Source: a virus
Lineage: Duplodnaviria > Heunggongvirae > Uroviricota > Caudoviricetes
DNA length: 10,125 nucleotides
Direction: 5' to 3' (one strand)
Virus record (IMG/VR): IMGVR_UViG_2585427783_000002
Below are positions 1 through 5,788 of this stretch, piece by piece. Within the stretch, counting starts at the first letter, position 1. Each line of letters starts with the position of its first letter. The notes under the pieces were generated by a model. It was given only the letters and a program-made list of their open reading frames with translations, was not told where the DNA came from and made no database searches. A program made the translations under genes and the position numbers.

Positions 1-1293
<1,293 letters not shown>

Positions 1294-1313
1294 TACCCAA
1301 TTTTTCTGAATCT

Positions 1314-1335
1314 AAAAAGCGCCTGCGGGCGCTTT
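1314..1335 (+). terminator. Hairpin just downstream of serS; weak intrinsic terminator
   Basis: A-run, then stem GCGCC (1319-1323) pairing GGCGC (1328-1332) around a 4-nt loop, followed by only three T before the sequence turns AT-rich. Confidence 0.35.
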
Positions 1336-1409
1336 AAGTAGAGGTTTAATCATTTGAAAATAAATGGATTTTATTTTTAAGTGTCCATATAACGTCCATC
1401 TTTGAATGC

Positions 1410-1448
1410 AAAAAGCCCACAGCTTCTATGCTGTGGGCTTTGTTTTTT
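1410..1448. terminator. Bidirectional rho-independent terminator
   Basis: Perfect 9-bp stem GCCCACAGC (1415-1423) / GCTGTGGGC (1430-1438) with a 6-nt loop, flanked by an A-run upstream and TTTGTTTTTT downstream, so it reads as a terminator on either strand. Confidence 0.55.
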
Positions 1449-1472
1449 GGTGTCCTCATGAGTGAGGGAACC

Positions 1473-1504
1473 AAAAAGAAAACCCGCAGTTTTTACGCTG
1501 CGGG
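1473..1504 (-). terminator. Intrinsic terminator, probable 3' end of the hok-like mRNA
   Basis: 7-bp stem CCCGCAG (1483-1489) / CTGCGGG (1498-1504). On the minus strand it is followed by a U-tract (reverse complement of AAAAAGAAAA at 1473-1482). It lies about 95 nt downstream of the hok-like stop. Confidence 0.5.
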
Positions 1505-1598
1505 CTTGTTGTTCACGTCAACTGGAAATAGGGTGCCTTTTCGACCTTTACCCTGGCAACCGATTGACGGGGAAGTTGCCTTCCCCGTCGCGGTTTCC

Positions 1599-1739
1599 TT
1601 ACTGCTTACACTGTAAGAACGCCGCAAACTCCGCTCCCCAGAAGCTCATCCGTATTTCGCACAGTGAACCGTGCAGCATCCAGATGATGAGGATTGCCGT
1701 CACGCAGAACGTGATGGCCGTAAGCGATTTTTGCGACAT
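1599..1739 (-). CDS. Hok/Gef-family type I toxin (46 aa), not in the ORF track
   Basis: Minus-strand ATG at 1739 to TAA at 1599-1601, with an AAGGAG Shine-Dalgarno 8 nt upstream. Translation: MSQKSLTAITFCVTAILIIWMLHGSLCEIRMSFWGAEFAAFLQCKQ. It has an N-terminal hydrophobic helix, the SLCEIR motif of Hok, and an AAFL-C-K tail like HokA/HokB (family signatures recalled from memory). Confidence 0.8.
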   Translation of the reverse strand: MSQKSLTAITFCVTAILIIWMLHGSLCEIRMSFWGAEFAAFLQCKQ

Positions 1740-1869
1740 AGCACTTGCTCCTTTTCCGGAGAGGCGCTAACCTTTCACTTGTCAAGGTAATGCGGTTAGG
1801 GCCTCGGTTAAACAGAGATGTTTTCCGGGGCCTTTCCACATCTGGCCTTCGGGTATTCCCTCCGACCAT
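1606..1869 (-). CDS. mok-like overlapping frame; start codon uncertain
   Basis: An open frame in a different register covers almost the whole hok-like gene and stops 7 nt before its stop, which is the layout of mok relative to hok. There is no convincing Shine-Dalgarno at the 1869 ATG, so the true start may be an internal or non-ATG codon. Confidence 0.3.
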   Translation of the reverse strand: MVGGNTRRPDVERPRKTSLFNRGPNRITLTSERLAPLRKRSKCYVAKIAYGHHVLRDGNPHHLDAARFTVRNTDELLGSGVCGVLTV

Positions 1870-1891
1870 CAGCCGAAAGGCACCCGCGCGT

Positions 1892-1920
1892 AATCTATCG
1901 CTTTTTTGTTAATCCGGCAA
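1892..1920 (-). promoter_or_regulatory. Candidate sigma-70 promoter for the hok-like mRNA
   Basis: On the minus strand: -35 TTGCCG (plus 1915-1920), 17-bp spacer, -10 TAGATT (plus 1892-1897). A start near 1885 and the terminator near 1475 would give a transcript of about 400 nt, the size class of hok mRNAs. Prediction by motif only. Confidence 0.3.
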
Positions 1921-1929
1921 TTCTGCCTG

Positions 1930-2190
1930 TTAGTTCTGAGGTAAAGGCAAACTCATCTGATTGTTTCCCCTGTGTGAAGCTGGCAGCTCATGCCACGGGA
2001 TACCTTCTGAAGAGTGAACGGCGGAGGCGTGTTTTGATGTGAATTTATGGAAAGCTTCCAGTGTTGAGAAGCATACGCCGCATTCCAGGTTGTTACACTG
2101 GTAATACTTTTGCCGCACGGTGTTTGAATCATTTTCCGGACGACTGGTGCGGATACGGGCAGATGCGCCACAAAGCGGACAACGGAACAT
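1930..2190 (-). CDS. ogr: Ogr/Delta-family zinc-finger late transcription activator
   Basis: 86-aa ORF beginning MFRCPLCGASARIRTSR and containing YYQCNNLECG, giving the Cys-X2-Cys ... Cys-X4-Cys arrangement of P2 Ogr. AAGGGAGG Shine-Dalgarno upstream of the ATG at 2190. Confidence 0.9.
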   Translation of the reverse strand: MFRCPLCGASARIRTSRPENDSNTVRQKYYQCNNLECGVCFSTLEAFHKFTSKHASAVHSSEGIPWHELPASHRGNNQMSLPLPQN

Positions 2191-2232
2191 AGCGACCTCC
2201 CTTAACGTGGTGCTGCCGCTATTCTAAGTTGC

Positions 2233-3342
2233 TCACTCTGTTTCCGCTATCCATTCCGGGATTTTTGCCTCAAGCTCAAGCTGCGTGGTAAAGCCGCTGT
2301 TATCAATAGTGTGCTCGGCTTTTGCAATGATCCAGTCCTGATTATCAATCTCGCTTTTAAATCCTGTTACCGTACCATGCATTTCGGGGTAGAGTTCTGC
2401 ACGTCCACGCGCCAGCGTGATGGAGAATGATGCGGCTCCGCGTTGTAGCTGCTGCCACTTTGCCGCCGCTGCGCGTCTTGCTGCCTGTTCGTTCTGATAG
2501 GTCTTGCGTAACACAAACACATTGCCTTCCGCGCCTTCCATATAATCACCTTCACGGCTGCTGCTTTTCTCCTTTTTGGGTTTTGGCGGTTTGCGGCGTT
2601 TCACGCTGACTTTTTTCTTTTTCCCGTAATTAAGATCAAGCCAGTAAGCGCGTACCCCCGTATACGCTTCGCGGTCAGCAATGCGGAACTGATGGCGATC
2701 GCCACTGCTGCGCGTGATGGCGAACGAGGGCAACGGCTGGCCCTGTGCGTTCACGCCACCGCCTGGCATGATGAATAACAGATTACCGCTTTTTACCGTA
2801 GTGATTGCGCCCAGCATTTCCGCCATGCGCGTAAGGAAGGACATGTCGCTTTCTTCGGTCTGGTCGGCGTGGTCGATTTCGATATCCATCAGCATTTCGC
2901 TGATTTGTGGTTTCAGACCGTACCGATGAGCGATGGCGGATACCACGCGCTCAACGGTCACATCATGCCAGGACACCTCACGTTTAACGTTAAATTCATC
3001 CCGAAAATCTGCGCTTCTGGCTGAAACAGTCAGCCTGTCCGGCGGTCCTTCGTGAGCGATTTCATCAACAATGTAAGTGCCTTTTTCTGTCAGCGGTTCT
3101 CCTTTCCAGCCAATGAGAACCGTCAGGCGCGCGCCCCGTGGCGGTAGCAGCAACTGACCATCCGCATCATCCAGCGTGATGGTGAGCTGGTCCGCCTCAA
3201 ATCCCCGGTTGTCGGTCAGTGACAGGCTCATCAGGCACTCTGCCACGCCTGACAGCGTTTTACCCTCCGCGAGAATATCAAAATCCGGCATTTTCACGGG
3301 GTCTGTGCCCTGACTGAGCAATTGCATGGTGGTGTCGGTCAT
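2233..3342 (-). CDS. D: P2 gpD-like tail protein (late control gene D)
   Basis: Long minus-strand ORF with the gpD-type layout, including a lysine-rich internal segment. I place the start at the ATG at 3342 because GGAGGGAG sits directly upstream; the track ORF extends to 3474 but that extension has no ribosome-binding site. Confidence 0.88.
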   Translation of the reverse strand: MTDTTMQLLSQGTDPVKMPDFDILAEGKTLSGVAECLMSLSLTDNRGFEADQLTITLDDADGQLLLPPRGARLTVLIGWKGEPLTEKGTYIVDEIAHEGPPDRLTVSARSADFRDEFNVKREVSWHDVTVERVVSAIAHRYGLKPQISEMLMDIEIDHADQTEESDMSFLTRMAEMLGAITTVKSGNLLFIMPGGGVNAQGQPLPSFAITRSSGDRHQFRIADREAYTGVRAYWLDLNYGKKKKVSVKRRKPPKPKKEKSSSREGDYMEGAEGNVFVLRKTYQNEQAARRAAAAKWQQLQRGAASFSITLARGRAELYPEMHGTVTGFKSEIDNQDWIIAKAEHTIDNSGFTTQLELEAKIPEWIAETE

Positions 3343-3499
3343 CTGCTCCCTCCCTGTGCGGCATGGTCGCATGTGCGTGCGGAGGGGGTTACTGCTTTTT
3401 GTTGTCGCCGTGGCGGGAGAACGGCGCAGGGGTGAGATTACGCGCGTGGTGGGTGATGATTGTTGCCGAATCATTTAACGGATACAAGGGGCTGAAGCT

Positions 3500-4684
3500 A
3501 TGAGTGAAACTCGTTTTCATGGTGCCCGTGTTACGGAAAGTACCGACCTGGTAACAGCGATTAATGATGTTGATTCCAGCGTTATCGGTATCGTGGCAAC
3601 GGCGGATGATGCGGACGCGAAGCTGTTCCCGCTGAACAAGCCCACACTGCTGACCCGCGTCAATGACGTGCTGGGAAAATGCGGGACAACGGGGACGCTT
3701 TATCGTGCGCTTAAGGCCATCGCAGACCAGGTGAGCACAAAGGTGATCGTCGTTCGCGTGGCTGAACACAAAGAAGAAAACGGAAAGACGCAGGATCAAC
3801 TGGTTATCGGTGGTTCTGAATCTGACGGCAGCTATACGGGGATGTATGCGCTGCTTGTTGCAGAGCAGGATGAAAGCATCGGATACCGTCCGCGTATTCT
3901 GGCCGCGCCGGAGCTGGACACGGAGGCGGTGACAAAATCCCTGTGCGTGATTGCGGGTAAACTGCGCGCGTTTGTGTATGCCGCATGTCATGGTTGTAAC
4001 ACGATGGCTGAGGCGATTACCTACCGCCAGAAATTCAACGAACGTGAGGTGATGCTCTTATGGCCTGACTTCATCGCCTACAACCCGAAAAGTGGCAAAA
4101 ACGAAACGTTCCCCGCGCCTGCTTATGCGTGCGGCCTTCGTGCGTACATTGACCATGAGCAGGGTTGGCACAAATCGCTGTCCAACGTTCCGGTTAAAAA
4201 TGTGCTGGGGATGTCGAGGCATGTGTTCTGGTCGTTACAGGCCGAAGACAGTGATGCCAACAGCCTCAACAACAAAGAAATCACGACCATTATTCGTCGT
4301 AACGGGTTCCGCTTCTGGGGCAACCGCACACCGGAAACGAACGCCTACATCTTTGAGGTGTATACCCGAACCGCACAGGTGCTGGCTGATTCAATTGCGG
4401 AAGCGCAGTTTGAAACCATCGACAGTCCACTGACGCCTGCGAACGTGAAGGATGTTATCAGTGCCATCAGGGCAAAACTGGATTCACTGGTTACTGCCGG
4501 GAAACTGATTGGGGCGTCGTGCTGGTATGACGTGGTGGATAACAGCACCACGAATTTACGTCAGGGGCGTGTGCGTATTCGCTACAAATATACGCCCGTT
4601 CCGCCGCTGGAAGACATGGAGCTTTACCAGTCGTTTACTGATGAATTCTTTGGTCCCGCATTTGCGGTGCTGGGAGGTGCCTGA
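3500..4684 (+). CDS. FI: Contractile tail sheath protein (P2 FI-like)
   Basis: 394-aa ORF that aligns by eye along its length with P2 FI as I recall it, with shared motifs DQEQGWHK/DHEQGWHK, RRDGFRFWGNRT/RRNGFRFWGNRT and YTPVPPLE. Confidence 0.95.
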   Translation: MSETRFHGARVTESTDLVTAINDVDSSVIGIVATADDADAKLFPLNKPTLLTRVNDVLGKCGTTGTLYRALKAIADQVSTKVIVVRVAEHKEENGKTQDQLVIGGSESDGSYTGMYALLVAEQDESIGYRPRILAAPELDTEAVTKSLCVIAGKLRAFVYAACHGCNTMAEAITYRQKFNEREVMLLWPDFIAYNPKSGKNETFPAPAYACGLRAYIDHEQGWHKSLSNVPVKNVLGMSRHVFWSLQAEDSDANSLNNKEITTIIRRNGFRFWGNRTPETNAYIFEVYTRTAQVLADSIAEAQFETIDSPLTPANVKDVISAIRAKLDSLVTAGKLIGASCWYDVVDNSTTNLRQGRVRIRYKYTPVPPLEDMELYQSFTDEFFGPAFAVLGGA

Positions 4685-5196
4685 TGGCTGTACCAAAACA
4701 TCTTCGCTTTTTTACGCTGTTTGTGGATGGTGAAAACGAAGTGGGTAAGGTGACGTCCGTCACGCCGCCCAAACTGACGCGCAAAACCGACAGCTATCGG
4801 GGTGGTGGCATGATGGGGGCGGTAAGTATTGATCTCGGTCTGGACGACTCCGCGCTTGATGCGAGTTTTGTTATGGGGGGAGCTGTTCGTGCGCTGTTCC
4901 TTAAATATGGCGGCACGATTGACGGCACGCTGCTGCGTTTTGCGGGTGAATACTACACCGATGCAGAAAGCGATCTGTATGAAATCGAGATGCGCGGGCG
5001 TGTGACGGAAATTGATATGGGGGAGGCCAAACAGGGCGAAGCCACATCACACACTTACGCTGTCAAAAACACCTACTACAAGCTGAGCGTTAACGATCGC
5101 CCGCTGTGGGAAATCGACCTGCTGAACCACATCTACCGGAAGGACGGCAAGGACATTGTGCCCGATCGCATCCGTTCCGCGCTTGGGCTTGGCTGA
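4684..5196 (+). CDS. FII: Tail tube protein (P2 FII-like)
   Basis: 170-aa ORF whose ATG overlaps the FI stop (TGATG coupling). It contains PPKLTRK, YRGGGM and VMRGR..EIDMGE..QGE, which match the FII pattern. Confidence 0.93.
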   Translation: MAVPKHLRFFTLFVDGENEVGKVTSVTPPKLTRKTDSYRGGGMMGAVSIDLGLDDSALDASFVMGGAVRALFLKYGGTIDGTLLRFAGEYYTDAESDLYEIEMRGRVTEIDMGEAKQGEATSHTYAVKNTYYKLSVNDRPLWEIDLLNHIYRKDGKDIVPDRIRSALGLG

Positions 5197-5208
5197 TAAG
5201 TAATATGC

Positions 5209-5229
5209 AGGCGGCGCAGTGCGTCGCCT
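5209..5229 (+). other. Intercistronic stem-loop between FII and E
   Basis: Near-perfect inverted repeat AGGCGGCGCA / TGCGTCGCCT with one G-U pair and no U-tract after it, lying between the FII stop (5196) and the AAGGAG Shine-Dalgarno of E. Confidence 0.3.
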
Positions 5230-5250
5230 CTGACTGAAAGGAGACAACTG

Positions 5251-5624
5251 ATGAAAGATATCGATACTGAAACCCGGAATAACACCGTAGCGGATGATGT
5301 GACGGCAGGGGAGGATATGGCTGTCGAACGTGGTGTAAAACTTTCCCGGCCAATTGAGCGTGGTGGCGAAAAAATCACATATGTGGAGATCACCGGGGCT
5401 ATTGAGCAGGCGGGATCCCTGCGTGGTCTGTCGCTGTCTGATGTGCTGAATCTGAAAGCGGATCCATGTTCACGCTGCTGCCTCGCGTGACCTCGCCACG
5501 ACTGGATGAAGTGATGATTAAAAAAATGGCATCACGCGACTTTATTCAGTTGTGCGCTGTGGCTGTAAATTTTATGAGCGAGCCAGACTCTGGCGCGAAG
5601 AGCGTGCAGGAGACGGCAGCCTAA
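5251..5624 (+). pseudogene. E: Tail assembly chaperone E (gpE-like) with an internal frame break
   Basis: Frame 1 (5251 onward) encodes the conserved N-terminal part, including GSLRGLSLSDVLNLKAD, but stops at 5488-5490 after a non-homologous tail. The conserved continuation MFTLLPRVTSPRLDEV...AVAVNF is in the -1 frame from 5466 to 5624. This is consistent with a 1-bp deletion near 5461-5466, or a sequencing error. Confidence 0.6.
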
Positions 5625-5788
5625 TCACCCTGGTGTGCTTTGAGCACATCGAAGATCTGGTGGCGGATATTGCCGCCATTTTTAACTGGTCGCCCGCCGA
5701 AATCTTCATGATGACGCCCGGCGAAGTGGTTAGCTGGCGCGAGCGGGCGGCACTTCGCAGCGGGAATGCAGACAATGAAGACTCTTGA
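5522..5788 (+). CDS. E-prime extension frame, expected to be expressed only as an E+E-prime fusion
   Basis: Frame -1 relative to the distal E frame, open from 5522 to TGA at 5786-5788. It encodes ...IEDLVADIAAIFNWSPAEIFMMTPGEVVSWRERAALR, which resembles the gpE-prime C-terminal domain, and its end overlaps the T start. Confidence 0.5.
   Translation, partial: KNGITRLYSVVRCGCKFYERARLWREERAGDGSLITLVCFEHIEDLVADIAAIFNWSPAEIFMMTPGEVVSWRERAALRSGNADNEDS
5567..5573 (+). promoter_or_regulatory. Candidate -1 programmed frameshift heptamer A AAT TTT for E to E-prime
   Basis: It is the only X-XXY-YYZ heptamer in register with the E frame inside the window where E-prime is open (5522-5621). It sits at the ...VNF position, analogous to where I recall the P2 slippery run lying. 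Confidence 0.4.

Noticed and set aside
1340-1410. Possible small RNA between the first two hairpins
   Set aside because: Only weak promoter-like hexamers (TTGAAA at 1354-1359 with a poor -10). There is not enough to distinguish it from AT-rich junction DNA.
1428-1770. Plus-strand ORFs 1428..1616 and 1462..1770
   Set aside because: They run through two terminator hairpins and lie antisense to the hok-like gene. Translations are low-complexity with no start signals. The strand is more likely to carry a regulatory antisense RNA than a protein.
1818-2171. ORFs 1818..2042 (+) and 1953..2171 (-) around ogr
   Set aside because: Alternative-frame or antisense overlaps of the ogr gene and the hok promoter region, with no ribosome-binding sites and no recognisable motifs.
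3343-3474. 5' extension of the D ORF in the track (start at 3474 giving 413 aa)
   Set aside because: The extension has no ribosome-binding site and its amino-acid composition is not protein-like, whereas the internal ATG at 3342 has a strong GGAGGGAG upstream. The extension is just open frame crossing the intergenic region.
3343-3499. P2-type Ogr box (TGT-N12-ACA) upstream of FI
   Set aside because: Searched for but not found. The closest is TGT-N12-AGA at 3403-3420, which is not enough to call, so only the CGCCG/CGGCG repeat is reported, as a low-confidence finding.
3389-3991. 200-aa minus-strand ORF overlapping the FI start
   Set aside because: Antisense to the well-supported FI gene, Cys/Arg-rich low-complexity translation, no Shine-Dalgarno. 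Judged a spurious antisense ORF.
4092-4551. Alternative-frame ORFs within FI (4092..4433 +, 4123..4329 -, 4345..4551 -)
   Set aside because: Embedded in the tail sheath gene. No support beyond being open.
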